From Octopus vulgaris (taxonomy: Eukaryota): DNA of 64,000 nucleotides. Of this stretch, positions 28,376 through 43,670 are shown in pieces. The position numbers and the translations under genes are program-made. The number at the start of each line of letters is the position of its first letter. The stretch's first letter is position 1. The notes beneath the pieces were generated by a model, which searched no databases, had not been told where the DNA came from, and saw only the letters and a program-made list of their open reading frames with translations. The DNA lies in assembly GCA_951406725.2 (NCBI GenBank), contig OX597834.1:40486001-40550000 (forward strand), given 5' to 3'.

Positions 28376-29383
28376 GTATTAAATCATCTTATAATGAAGT
28401 CAACAGAAAACACTCTAAACGTCGTGCAGTAGATGAGACGTATCGTCTGCAATTCAGTGATTTATTTAGTGATTTATTTAGCTAAGCAGAATAGGTTTGT
28501 TCTCCGCTTGATCTGTTTTACTTTTCTCTGTTGAATTGTTTTTAACATTAATACGATTGAATATCTTTTACACTAAAAGACTTAGCAATTAATTCGTAAA
28601 TTTATAAATTTATTCACATATATACAGTAATACCTATTTCTTTCCGTAAAACTGCTTGCAACAACAAGAGAAATAACGAAAACAACAGCAACAACATTAC
28701 GCTGTGACTGTTTAGTACAATAGCTTTATTTCTTTAATTAGTAACGCTTACTTATTTAGAGAAATCAGTCAATTATAAGTGTTCTATAATCTATAATCAA
28801 TAAGTTGGTAAGTCAGAAGAGGTATTTTGGAAAAATATAAAATGCTAAATCCAAAATGGCCGTTTATTTTTTAGTTATTTTTAATGGGTTTTGTTGTCGT
28901 TGTTTTTTTTGCTCTGAACTATGGCTGGGACGCGTGTTTGTGTGTGTGTGTGCATTAAGGGAAGGTTTGTGCATGTATGATGGAGGCATGTGTGTGCATG
29001 CATGAGAAAGAGAGAGAAAGAATGAGAGAGGGAGAGAGAGACGGAGCATGTGTATGTTTGTACAAAAGCATGTTTGGTTTGTTTGTGCATGCTTACGCAT
29101 GTGTACAGCTGAACTCGTGTTTCTGCTCAACGTGAGTGCATGCGCACATTTGAGTGAATACCTATGTGTGTATGTGCATGTATGCGTGTATATATATATA
29201 CGTATATGTATATATATATTATATAAATATATATATATATTTAGATATGTATATATATATATGTGTGTGTGTGTATATATAAATATAAGTATATATACAT
29301 ATATATACACATATATACATATATATGTATTATGAATGTATATATATATATACATGTTTGTATGTATATGTATATATATATAC

Positions 29384-29438
<55 letters not shown>

Positions 29439-29684
29439 TATACTGTATATATATATATGGATATATATATACATATATATATGATTGTATATATATCATA
29501 AATCGTGTGTGTGTGTGTGTGTGTGTGAACATGCATATTTGTGCGTTTGTGTATGTTTGTGCACGCGCGCATGCGTATAAGTATATGTCCATTTTTTTTT
29601 TTAATATTAAATGAATGTCTGTAAAATTTTGCCAAGTGTAATTAAAGGCACGGTCATACGTCAGCATCATCATCATCACCATCG

Positions 29685-29723
<39 letters not shown>

Positions 29724-29731
29724 CCACCATC

Positions 29732-29799
<68 letters not shown>

Positions 29800-29849
29800 T
29801 ATGTTATGCATGCACACAAACACATACATATATATGTATGTATGCATAC

Positions 29850-29891
<42 letters not shown>

Positions 29892-30213
29892 CAATATAAT
29901 ATAATATAATATAATATAACATAATATAACATAATATAATATGATACAAACATACATATACATATGTATATACACGTACACATACATGCGTGCATATATT
30001 AGATGTTTACTGTCCTATAAAAGAACTCATTGAATGCATATAATTGATTAGTCATACGTAAACCAGATACATTAATCGATCTTCTTAGAATGTTATTGGT
30101 AACGTTGGATAAACATTTCCTACGTGTTGCTGTTGTTATTGTTGTTGTAGTCTATATGCTTCGTTTTCATCATCATCATCATCATCATGATCGCTATTAT
30201 TACTATCATTATT

Positions 30214-30255
<42 letters not shown>

Positions 30256-30378
30256 CTTGCTGTTGCTCTTGTTCTTGTTGTTCTTCTGTTGATGTTAATA
30301 TTGCTGATCTTATTAAATGTATGGTCGAGATGGAGAATATTTGAAAACGAAAACAGCAGTCATAATAATAACAATAAT

Positions 30379-30416
<38 letters not shown>

Positions 30417-30513
30417 TAACAATAACAATAATAATAATAATAATAATAACAACAATAATAATAATAGCAATAATGATAATAATAATAGTAATAATAATAA
30501 TAATAACAATAAC

Positions 30514-30582
<69 letters not shown>

Positions 30583-30588
<6 letters not shown>

Positions 30589-30699
30589 CACTTTCCGTAC
30601 AATAACCATCAGAGCATCACAACAAATCACAGCACATACCCAAGGCACACAGAGCTGCGCTCGGTAGTGAAGTGAAAGCACGCTATAAAAATAAAACTA

Positions 30700-30703
<4 letters not shown>
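30583..30703 (+). mobile_element. Probable 3' terminus of an R4/Dong-like LINE embedded in (TAA)n
   Basis: KTLSVQ* resembles the end of an RLE ORF; short UTR with AATAAA runs directly into (TAA)n; (TAA)n on both sides. Confidence 0.5.
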
Positions 30704-30797
<94 letters not shown>

Positions 30798-30814
30798 CAA
30801 CAACTACAATAATG

Positions 30815-31045
30815 TACGCTGCAGCTTGTGGGCAAACACGAAAGCAGCAAAAGATCACATTCTCTTGTCAAGGAAGATTGCAAATTCGCAAGGGAACTTG
30901 GCATTAACCCTGAAATAGATGAAGAACCTGAAAGCGATGCCACAAAACAAGGTGAACGGATCAAGCAGACTGCAAAAAAAGAACGGGCAGAAACAAATCG
31001 AGGAGTGGTGGAACCAGAAGCCTTTGCTATGGGCAATATATACTT
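30815..31045 (+). pseudogene. R4/Dong-like LINE internal fragment
   Basis: QLVGKHESSKRSHSLVKE..ELGI..IKQTAKK, then frameshifted EEWWNQKPL, resembling the W..KPLHG motif between RT and RLE. Confidence 0.5.
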
Positions 31046-32015
31046 CCCTTCCCCAAGTTTCCAGCTATATTTGAACATCTCTTAACTTTCACTTGCCCTA
31101 GGATGTCAGGTGTATCCTTGCAAGTGATTGCATCAAACATGCAGATTAAATAAAAAAAAAAGGAAAGAAAATAATAGTTTCACATTTTGGCACAAGGCCA
31201 GCAATTGAAAGGGAGTGGTGTCAATCGATTATATCGACCCCAGTTTTTAACTGGTACTTTATTTTTTCGGCCGTGAAAGGATGAAAGGAAAAGTAGTCTT
31301 CGGTGGCAATTGAACTCAGAACGTGAAGAGTCGTTCCCGTACAAGAAGCACAACGACATTATCAGCTCAGCCCCACCCCTAATTGAAATAATCGATTATT
31401 GATGTCTACTGATTTGACAAGATAATTGAGACTTTGGAAAACAATATTAATGTTTGTATATTAAATGCAAGATCGGTGGGGGGGGGGCAATTGAGTATAA
31501 AATAATACAATTTATGACATATACAAGCGGATTGGAGTGGGAAGAAGGTCTGGATAAGGGGAAGGATGGGAGTGAGGGAGAGAGAGAGGGGAAGGGGAGC
31601 AGAGAAGAAGAAGAAGAAGAAGAAGAAGAAGAAGAAGAAGAAGAAGAAATAGGAGAAGATGGAGGAGGAGGAGAAGAAGAAGAAGAAGTAGTAGTAGAAG
31701 AAGAAGAAGAAGAAGAAGAAGAAGAAGAAGAAGAAGAAGAAATAGGAGAAGATGGAGGAGGAGGAGGAGAAGAAGAAGAAGAAGAAGAAGAAGAAGAAGA
31801 AGAAGAAGAAGAAGAAGAAGAAGAAGAAGAAGAAGAAGAAGAAGAAGAAGAAGAAGAAGAAGAAGAAGAAGAAGAAGAAGAAGAAGAAGAAGAAGAAGAA
31901 GGATGAACAGATAGAGTTATAAATATTAAGACATTGGAGAGAAAAAAATATAGAAAAGGACAGCTTAAGATATTGAGGAAGAAAATAAGGTTGGGAACAG
32001 AAGGAATAACTGGTA

Positions 32016-32107
<92 letters not shown>

Positions 32108-32250
32108 CAACAATAATAAAAGCGGACATAAATACAGGGCACTGAACAGGAAGTATGATATTGAAAGAAAGGGCCTGAAAGTGGTAATGGTGGGACTGAA
32201 AAAGCGCCTCGATGCAAAGAAAGAAAAGATGGTAAGATCCTTTTTTTTTA

Positions 32251-32646
32251 TCTTTTCTACTCTAGGCGTAAGGCCCGAAAATTTTAGGAAGTGGACCAGT
32301 CGATTAGATCGACCCCAGTGCGCAACTGGTACTTAATTTATCGACCCCGAAAGGATGAAAGGCAAAGTCGACCTCGGCGGAATTTAAACTCAGAATGTAG
32401 CAGCAGACGAAATACCTATTTTTTTACTACCCACAAGGGGCTAAACACAGAGATGACAAACAAGGACAGACAAACGGATTAAGTCGATTATATCGACACC
32501 AGTGCGTAACTGGTACTTATTTAATCGACCCTGAAAGGATGAAAGGCAAAGTCGACCTCGGCGGAATTTGAACTCAGAACGTAGCGGCAGACGAAATACC
32601 GCTGTGCATTTCGCCCGGCGTGCTAACGATTCTGCCAGCTCGCCGC
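32251..32646 (-). mobile_element. Family A SINE dimer
   Basis: Full monomer joined at 32416/32417 to a second unit lacking the head and ending in an alternative tail (..CCTAGAGTAGAAAAGA). Confidence 0.85.
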
Positions 32647-32871
32647 ATTCTATTGTTTAAATAACGAAAAGCAAAACGTATTAGGTCAATACCTGTTGTA
32701 AACATACTCCTAAAAAGGACTGCCTAAAAGGACAGGAGGGTCAAGACTGGCACGCTTTTTTCTAATAAGCTTGCTTGATCATGATCAGAATTGTCTCGGG
32801 GCTAAGCAACAACAACAGCTAACACTTAATCAGTTGTAAGATCGTCAACAAGACTCTTGTTCTTATGTATA

Positions 32872-33092
32872 TATTTCTTTACTGCCCACAAGGGGCTAAA
32901 CATAGAGGGGACAAACAAGGACAGACGAAGGGATTAAGTCGATTACATCGACCCCAGTGCGTAACTGGTACTTAATTTATCGACCCCGAAAGGATGAAAG
33001 GCAAAGTTGACCTCGGCGGAATTTGAACTCAGAACGTGACGACAGACGAAATACGGCTAAGCACTTCGCCCGGCGCGCTAACGTGTCTGCCA
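32872..33092 (-). mobile_element. SINE family A monomer
   Basis: Same sequence family as 28143-28375. Confidence 0.85.
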
Positions 33093-33731
33093 AACATGTG
33101 AGGGTATATGTGAGTTTCTGTGTATGCGTATATATGTGTGTGTGTGTGTGTGAGTTTCTTTGTGTGTATCTGTGAGCATGTGTGTGTGTGTGTGTGTGGC
33201 TAATCGTAATTGAGTCTGACGTTGAAAGATAGGTTTTATCGACCTATCCGTGCCTCGACCAGAAATTGTAAGCATGAAATGTAAAAACGGCTCAACGAGG
33301 AATTAAGCATGCGTTGAAAGATTTGGAATAATTCTGCGACATTACCAGGAATCGACATCAAATTGGCATCGCTCTTTGTGATTTACATTCTTTTGTCACA
33401 ATCGTGTAGGTCTCTTTTCGTGCCGTCGTTACATGAAATACGTTTTATGGGCAATTCAGTGATAGGTGCATTATGGGATACTAGTTGCTGGTTATCAATA
33501 AAATTGAACCTGCGAGCGGCCTTTCTGAAATTTGATATGACACGGAATGACAGGAATCATGAAACCGTTGATTGTAATATATGGGAATTGCAGAAGAGAG
33601 AGAGGGGTGAGAGGGAGAGGAGGAGAGGGAGAGGGAGAGAAAAGAAGAAAAAGAAAACGAAAAACAAAACAACGATGGGTTTTACGAGAGACCAAATTCC
33701 AGGCCTTCCATTACAGTATGAGAGTATGAGA

Positions 33732-33778
<47 letters not shown>

Positions 33779-33801
33779 CACACACATATATATATATGTA
33801 T

Positions 33802-33833
<32 letters not shown>

Positions 33834-33874
33834 GTATTCACACACATATATATACACACACATACATTATGTGG

Positions 33875-33910
<36 letters not shown>

Positions 33911-34005
33911 TACATATAAACGCATATGTATTTACACACATTGCACACTTACATGCCCACCCACATACTCATTCACTCTCACACACACACGCACACACGC
34001 ACTAT

Positions 34006-34053
<48 letters not shown>

Positions 34054-34082
34054 TAGAGAGAGAGATAGATAGATAGATAGAC

Positions 34083-34139
<57 letters not shown>

Positions 34140-34205
34140 TAGATAGACACATAAACACATATACATTCACATACATTGCATATGTACATGCCCAACCACC
34201 ATGCA

Positions 34206-34248
<43 letters not shown>

Positions 34249-34807
34249 ACACGTGCGTGCTCGTAAGTGCGCGCACTTATATTTGTAATTGTGCAATGTT
34301 TTAAAGAAAACCTCTCGTGTTCTCGTAAGCGCCATAACATTCTCGCGTTCAGTCGGCCATTTTCTGTAACACAACAGATACGTAACAGCAAGCTTTCTTT
34401 ATCTTTTATGTTTTATTTCTTTTCGCCATTGGAATATTGTCATGCTGGAGCACCGCATAGGAAGGTTCAATCGGACAATAGCACCTCACTATTTCTTTAA
34501 TTTTAGTAATTATTCTATCATTCGCTTTTGCCGAAACCGCTACGTTACGAGGATGTAAACAAACCAACACCAGTTATCAAGCGTGTAGGGGAAACAAACA
34601 CAAACATACACACATACAAACACGAGCAATGACGCGCGCCGGCACACACATATACACATATACATATATGCTGTTGACATCATAAGAATTCTGAAATCTC
34701 CAGGACATGAAATAATTCTTTTTAGAAATGCTCAATCTCGAAGCGAGTAAAGCTATAAATAATAGCTTGTAAAAACTCTTTGGATAGAAAAAGTTGAAGG
34801 CTACCTA

Positions 34808-35326
34808 TTCCTTTCATTCTTTCGAGGTCGATAAAACAAGTACCAGTTGAGCACAGACGTCGATGAAACTGATTTACACTCTCCCCCGAAATTGCAGACC
34901 TTGTGCCAAAATTTGAAACCAATTAATCAAAGGACAAAATATGCTTAGAGGCATACCTTTCGTCTGCTCGGTTTGAGTTCAAATTCCGCCGGCGTCGATT
35001 TTGCATTTCATCATTTTGAGGTTGACAAAATAAGTATCACTACAGTGATCGATTTAACCATCCCACCAAAAAAAAAAAATTGCTGGCCTCGTGTCAAAAT
35101 TTGAAACCATTAATTTTAATTTTGCAAATGGAGGCGGCGAGGTGGCAGAACCGTTATCACGCTTGGCGGCACATCGTCCGTCTTTACGTTCTGAGTTCAA
35201 ATTTCGCCGAGGTCGACCTTGCCTTTCATCCCCTTTCGGGGATCGATAAAAAATAAATGCCAGTCGAGCCCTGGGGGTCGATGTAGTCAACTTACCGTCT
35301 CCCTGAAATTGCTGGCCTTGTGCCAA
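34808..35326 (+). mobile_element. Three older family A-related SINE copies in tandem
   Basis: Repeated CTTTCATC..GTCGATAAAA..AAGTACCAG..GGCCTTGTGCCAA units, diverged. Confidence 0.7.
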
Positions 35327-35435
35327 GCACTGAATAATTAGTTTAATTAAGTTTGCTTATTGTTAATGAAATCACCAGACACTTGCATTGTCGACCCGAT
35401 TAAAACTGCAATTACCCAGCGCATATTAAAGGCTT

Positions 35436-35485
<50 letters not shown>

Positions 35486-35523
35486 ATATACACACATACA
35501 CATACACTCACTCACACACACAG

Positions 35524-35554
<31 letters not shown>

Positions 35555-35668
35555 CACACACACATACACACACATACACACACATACACACGTACACACA
35601 TACACACACAAACACACAAACTCACACACACACAAACATACACACACACTCATACACACATACACACA

Positions 35669-35715
<47 letters not shown>

Positions 35716-36187
35716 CACACACACACACACGCTCACACACACACACTCATACAAACATACACACACACACTCACACACACACACACACACGACACACACA
35801 CACACACGCTCACACACATACACTCATACAAACATACACACACACACACACACACACGACACACACACACACACACGACACACACACACACACGCTCACA
35901 CATACCCTCGTGCATGTGAGTAAGTAAGCGAGAGATAATGTTTCATAGATATTTTATAATCAGAAAAATGACCATTTTCTAGATTATTCTCATTTAAGCC
36001 AGTCAGACCAACTTCTAACAATTGATTTCATTAACTCGGTGCAAAAGATAATTAGTATAGCTAATTGCTACATGTTGCTTTCGCATGTTCCTTGTCTTTC
36101 TTTTCACAGCCGTATACCCACCCGTATACCCACCCGTATACCCACCCGTTTGCATGACAACTCGCACGTGTATAATCTTCTCCATTG

Positions 36188-36247
<60 letters not shown>

Positions 36248-36268
36248 CTCTCTCTCACTCTCTCTCTA

Positions 36269-36302
<34 letters not shown>

Positions 36303-36554
36303 ACTCACTCTTCTTCTCTACGCTTCAAACTTGAACTTTGCATGCATCAACCTTTATCTTGCATCTCATTGGTTCTAGCCAGTCAAGGCCATCATCATCA
36401 TCATCATCATCATCATCGGCAGCACCATCATCGTCGTCATCATCGTCATTATCATCGTCATCATTATCATCATCGTCATCATCATCGTCATAGGCAGCAG
36501 CAGCATCGACATCATCTTCATTGTCATCATCATCATCGTTATCATGATCATCAA

Positions 36555-36602
<48 letters not shown>

Positions 36603-37523
36603 TGTCCTCGTCGTCATCGTCGTCGTCATCATCATTGTCATCACCATCATTATCGTCATCGTCATCATCATCATCATCATCACCACCACCATCACCATCA
36701 TTATCACCATCATCATCATCACCACCACCACCACCACCACCATCATCATCACCATCTCCATCATCCTCATCACCACCACCACCACCACCACCACCACAAC
36801 CACCACCACCATCATCATCACCATCTTCATCATCATCGTTCCTACAACAACCACGCTTTACAAAACCCTCACCGACGTTTCATAACTCCTCAAATACGAC
36901 ATCATTGCCAATTGCATACGTAATATCCTTCTATTAAACATACACAAAGAAACACTCACACATGCGTGTACACGCTTGTAGACATATACATATACATACA
37001 CACATACACGCACGCACACTCACACACATACACACACATACAGACACATGCATACGCAGACACACACGCATACATACATACTCATACACACTCACACACA
37101 CACATACACAGGCGCATATACTTTTAAACTCACGTACACATACTCACAAACACACATTCACAGACACACACACTCACTCACTCACGCACATACACACATG
37201 AACTCACAGTCACGTACACATACACGCACGCACACATGCACACTCACACAGACGTACACACGGATACACACAAACATGCATTCACATCCACATATACACC
37301 CGCACACGTACGCATCCACACTCCTCAATGTGCACAATTTCCCCGCCACAGCACACACACATACACAAACATACACACACACACACACACACACGTGCAC
37401 ACACACACAAACACACACACACACACACACACACACAAGGAAACCTATTTTCTTATATTCATCTTCGTCCTGCGGGCGTGGCTGTGTGGTAAGACGCTTG
37501 CTCCCAACCACATGATTCCGGGT

Positions 37524-37965
37524 TCAGAACGTAGCGGCAGACGAAATACCTATTTCTTTACTACCCACAAGGGGCTAAACACAGAGAGGACAAACAAGGA
37601 CAGACAAACGGATTAAGTCGATTACATCGACCCCAGTGTGTAACTGGTACTTATTTAATCGACCCCGAAAGGATAAAAGGCAAAGTCGACCTCGGCGGAA
37701 TTTGAACTCAGAACGTAGCGGCAGACGAAATACCTATTTCTTTACTACCCACAAGGGGCTAAACACAGAGAGGACAAACAAGGACAGACAAACGGATTAA
37801 GTCGATTACATCGACCCCAGTGTGTAACTGGTACTTATTTAATCGACCCCGAAAGGATGAAAGGCAAAGTCGACCTCGGCAGAATTTGAACCCAGAACGT
37901 TGCGGCAGACGAAATACCGCAAAGCATTTCGCCCGACGTGCTAACGATTCTGCCAGCACGCCGCC
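37524..37965 (-). mobile_element. Family A SINE multimer (184-bp period)
   Basis: Identical junctions at 37550/37551 and 37734/37735; units are nearly identical. Confidence 0.88.
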
Positions 37966-38257
37966 ATTTTATTATTAATATTGCAATCATGTACTTGTTG
38001 TTATAGTTGTTGTTTGTTGTTGTTATTGTTATTGTTGTGGCCATTGTCTTGTGGTTGTTGACATTGGTGCTGTTGTTACCCATATTGCCATTCTCTGTGA
38101 ATGCCGTGTTTCTCATTAAATAAAAAGGATGAAAAAGAAAAAAACCAACGGAATCTACAGATTGTTCCTCAATCGAAACTTAGACCTCACATTTGCTCTC
38201 TCTCTCTCTTTTACTTTCATTACAGCATCAGTAGCAGCAGCAGCGGCAGCAGCAGTC

Positions 38258-38290
<33 letters not shown>

Positions 38291-38346
38291 GCAGCAGCAG
38301 CAGCAACAGCAATAACAACAGCAACAGCAACAGCAACAGTAGCGGC

Positions 38347-38424
<78 letters not shown>

Positions 38425-38489
38425 GGTGGTGGTGGTGGTGGTGGTGGTGGTGGTGTGAGAAGGAAAAAGAGGTTAAGTAGTAGTAGTAG

Positions 38490-38523
<34 letters not shown>

Positions 38524-39072
38524 CAGCAGCAGCAGTAGTCGTAGTAGTAGTAGTAATAGTGATGGTGGTGGCTTTTCTTGTTTGTTATTATTGTTGGTGT
38601 CACTGCTGCTGTTGTTGTTGTTGTTGTTGTTGTTGTATAATGTTGCAGTTCTGTTTCTCGTGCCAATTATTCTCTACATCATCTTTGCCATTAGTCGGTG
38701 TGTAGAACAAAATTCATTAAAAAAACAAACAAGCAAAACATATGAATAAATAAATAAACACTACACGTATGTATATATATATATATATATGAATGTGTAT
38801 GTATGTGTATGCGTCTATTTGTGTATGTGTGTATGTATGCGCCTTTCTGGTGTGTGAAAGAGCGCGTTTTCTCACACTCACGCAGTCAAAATACATACAT
38901 ACTCCACTTAGACATATATACATAAATACATACATATATTCATGCATGCATACATACATACATACATACATACATACATACAGAAATGCATACATGCATA
39001 CATATGCATGTATGCTACATATGCATACGCATACACTGATACATGTATATATATTTATATATCTATATTTAC

Positions 39073-39115
<43 letters not shown>

Positions 39116-39787
39116 CAAACGTGGAAGAAGCAAAACGCACGGCGATACACACACTCGTACACACACGCACGCACATCCACACACACGCACACGCACATCC
39201 ACACACACACGTATACACACACACTCACACATGTACTCTATATATATATATATATTTACGTTTAAACACCGCACACGGCTCTAACGTGAAAACTGGTTAA
39301 CAAGAAATTTGAGAGTATTCCAATTTGTGTAAATATAAAATAACACCAGCGACACCAACACCACCAACAAGAACAACCATTTACACCACCAACACAACCA
39401 CAGCAACAACACCAACACCACCACCACCACCACCACCAACACCACCAACAACAACAACAACAACTAAAACACTAAGCAAGATACAGCAACATCGGGTCGC
39501 TGTCCATATTTAACAGTTAATTGCTTGTTATCCAAATATTGCCCAATTCCAGAAGCTGTATTAATGACATCACAACAAAGAATTCTCACAGAGAGAATAT
39601 CATCACATGACATATTCTCATAAGCGAGTGGAAATTTTTACTGCATTGTTATGCACACACACATACACACGTACACACGTACACACACACGCACACAAAC
39701 ACGCACACACACACACGTACACTCGTAAACACATATGCGCGTATGCACGTGCGTGTGTATACATGCCGACGTATATATTTACACACA

Positions 39788-39851
<64 letters not shown>

Positions 39852-40116
39852 TGTATATATGTGTGTGTGAGTATTCGTGCCGATGTATATCTACATACAT
39901 ACATACATACATACATACATACATACATACATACATACACATATACGTACATACACTCACACACACACACACACACACGCTTAGGTACAACCATCTACAT
40001 ACTCAGCTATATGTACCTGTACACATCCACACAGATATGCGTGAATGCATGTGCATGTGTGTATATGCCAACGTATATATCTACACACACATACATACAT
40101 ATATACACATATACGT

Positions 40117-40147
<31 letters not shown>

Positions 40148-40643
40148 TAAACACATATACATACTTACACAAGTATATGGAAACACACGCACGTACACAT
40201 ACACGTGCATACACACACCTTATTTTGTTTTATTCTGTTTTTTTCACGTTCCTTGAATATTGATTTTTTTTTTTAATTATTAACGATTGAAATGTGAATT
40301 TTCAAAGATTTATAATGATGGTGATGATGATGATGATGATGATGACGACGACGTTAGTATTGTTGCTGTTGTTCTTCTTGTTGTTGTTGTTGTTGTGGTG
40401 GTGGTGGTGGTGGTGGTGGTGGTGGTGGTGGTGGTGGTGGTGGTGGTGGTGGTGATGGTATTGGTGGTGGTGGTGGTAGCGATGGTAATAATGCTAATAA
40501 TAATGGTTTCAAATTCTGGCACGAGGCCAGTAATTTCAGTGGAGGGATTAAGTCGATTGCATCGACTCCAATGCTCAACTGGTACTTATATAATCGACCC
40601 CGAAAGAATGAAAAAAGAAAGCGGATCCCGACTGAATAATAAT

Positions 40644-40729
<86 letters not shown>

Positions 40730-40915
40730 CAACACCAACAAGAAGAGCACTCCAACGTCCTCTCAACTATTAACCAGAGATGATGAAATAAACTCGACTG
40801 CTCTCACAAACGAGAATACTAAAAATGAACCCGACCGCTCCCAGAGATTAACTAAAAAAAAACAAGAAAAATAATCCAAAATCCTTGTCCGGTACCGGAT
40901 CGATCCCAAAATCTA

Positions 40916-41310
40916 ATGAGTTCGTGCCAGTTTTTCAACAGAAAATGGCTAATCATTCTTCATGACAATGCTCGACCACACGTTTCATTAATGATGCTCC
41001 AGAAGTTGAGGGAACTTGGCGACGAAGTTCTTCCCCAGCTTATTCCCCAGACCTTTCTCCAACCGACCTCTACTTTTTCAAGCACCTTGATGGTTTCCTG
41101 CGAGAGAAGGAGTTCGAACAATCAAACCGATGCTGAAAGTGCGTTCAAAGAGTTCATCAACTCCAGAAATCCAGGTTTTTATGTTACCAGAATAAACAAA
41201 CTTTTAACTCGTTGGCAAAAATGTGTTGATTGTAATGGTGCTTACTTTGATGAATAAAATTTCTGCATTGTTGAAATATATTGCGATGAATTACATGTTT
41301 CAAAACGTTA
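40916..41310 (+). pseudogene. Mariner transposase C-terminal remnant
   Basis: ILHDNARPH, frameshifted PAYSPDLSPTDLYFFKHL, and RWQKCVDCNGAYFDE are DD34D mariner motifs. Confidence 0.9.
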
Positions 41311-41329
41311 CTTACTTTTTACGTGTGTA

Positions 41330-41553
41330 TACGAGGGTGCGCTGAAAAGTTCCTGGCTTTAAGGGTATCACGAAAGGGCTAGTTGGAGGCTCAAACTCCT
41401 GAGTTCTTTTACAGGGCTTGGAAAAATACTGAAGGACTGCTGCCATAAGTCCGTGAATGTGAGAGGGGAATATGTTGAATAAAATCATAACTAAAACGAT
41501 CCTCCTGTATTTTCTTTTATCAAAAGCCGGGAACTTTTCAGCAACCTCTCGTA
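41330..41553 (+). mobile_element. Mariner-derived MITE
   Basis: TIRs TACGAGGGTGCGCTGAAAAGTTCCTGGCTTT and AAAGCCGGGAACTTTTCAGCAACCTCTCGTA with TA ends; internal remnant ..HKSVNVRGEYVE* resembles a mariner C-terminus. Confidence 0.85.
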
Positions 41554-42322
41554 CACTTAAATGAGATAGAATAAACGCAGATAAACGTAAATATACTCCC
41601 ACTGAAACCTCACACTTTACCATTTACATCCAATGATATAACAGCTCTCAAGGAACGTAGAGAATCGTTGACACAGACTTACTAAACAATCGCCATTATA
41701 CACATAGATATCGAACATGACAAAAATATTTCGTGCATCGCTCAGCAACGTACATTGACATCTATTCAAATTCATCGACGAATCAATGAGAATGTGAAGC
41801 ATGGGTCCATATTGCTGTAGTATTTCGTTCACGATTTCATTGTCAATACGCCATCATGGAAATACAAACGCAACTAGGAAATAATAAAGGAAAACAAATA
41901 AATTCAACGTTTGTTGGGTTTTTTTTTATCTCTGTTGTCTTTTGTATGGTCTCCATCGTACAACTCATTATTCATCATGTTCTTACAACTAAGTTTTTTT
42001 TCTTTACTTTTTGATTTCTTAGTTGCATTTGTATACATAGATTACATGTATACATAGATTACATGCATACATATATACATACGTACGTATATATATGTAT
42101 ATATAAGCATATATACGTATGTATATGTATATATATATATGTATATGTGTAATGTATATATATATATATATGAATGTAGATATAGATGTGTGTATATATT
42201 TGACTTTATTTATATATGTATGTATATATATATATATGATTGTATACATATGCTCATCTATCTTTCTATACATATATGCATATACATACATATATATATA
42301 TACATATATATATATGTATATT

Positions 42323-42353
<31 letters not shown>

Positions 42354-42389
42354 GTATGTGTATATATATATATACATATATATGTATGC

Positions 42390-42423
<34 letters not shown>

Positions 42424-43219
42424 AGTTACTTTGGTCTATTGGTCAATTTAATTTTTTTGTTTCGTTTAGTTCGTTTCCTTCGTTTCCACTCGTATTTTCT
42501 CTTTGATCATTGTTTATTCTATATTATATTTGGTGTCTTTTTTTTTTCCTTCCAATTCTGTTGTCTGGTCTTCCTTTTATTTTGCTACCATCTTCTTTTT
42601 TTTTTCTAACTTTCTGGTCACTCTTTCTTTTTTCATTTCAATCCTATTTCATCTTCAGCGTTATGGACTGTTTTTTTCATTTCCAGTCTTTGTTTGTTTT
42701 TTTTTTCACTCAAATCTTTTTTGTCTTCAATCGTCATTTATTTCTTCAAATGAAATCTTCTGCAAACGCGTTCTTTTTCTCTCTCTAAAAATTTCCCGAT
42801 CTTTCTTTTTCTTCTGTCCTCAATATTTTTCTGTGATCTTCTGGTCTAACTTTACTTGAATCACCATTTTTATCTCTCTCCCCTCGCCTGCTGTAAGTTC
42901 TATCTTCATTTTTTTCCATCTTTATAAAATGTCACAATGGACTTACATTTTTAAAAATTGTGTTTCATTTCTATTTGATGAAAGTTTAAATTCTGTATAA
43001 CATTCACTCACGTTTTAACGCTGGTTTTGTTTTTCAAGTAATTTTCTGCAGAACAAAACACGGGTTTAAAATGGCTAACTTTCCAAATCTGGTATATAAG
43101 ATCTTGATTAAGATTTCACATTCCATTTTTTTTTTTCTAAATATTCTACTTTGTGAAAAATATTTAATATTTTTGAAATGCTTTCAAAATGACGTATGTT
43201 GGAAAACAAGCAAACGAAA

Positions 43220-43295
<76 letters not shown>

Positions 43296-43334
43296 CATCT
43301 ATCTATCTACCTTCTTACCTACCTACCTACCTAC

Positions 43335-43394
<60 letters not shown>

Positions 43395-43586
43395 TTGTAT
43401 GTCTGTCTATCTGTCTGTCTGTCAGTCTATCTATTTTTCTGTCTGTCTTATCTATCTATTTATCTATCTAACTCCCCCTCTCTCTCTCTATCTATCTTTC
43501 TATCTATTTCGAGAGTTTTTAAAATAAATACATAAAAAAATAACGACAAAATTGAAGTCTATAGTTTGCAATTGTAAAACGACATG

Positions 43587-43670
<84 letters not shown>

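Noticed and set aside
40916-41257. Functional transposase or SETMAR-like gene
   Set aside because: Only the C-terminus is present and the YSPDL motif is out of frame.
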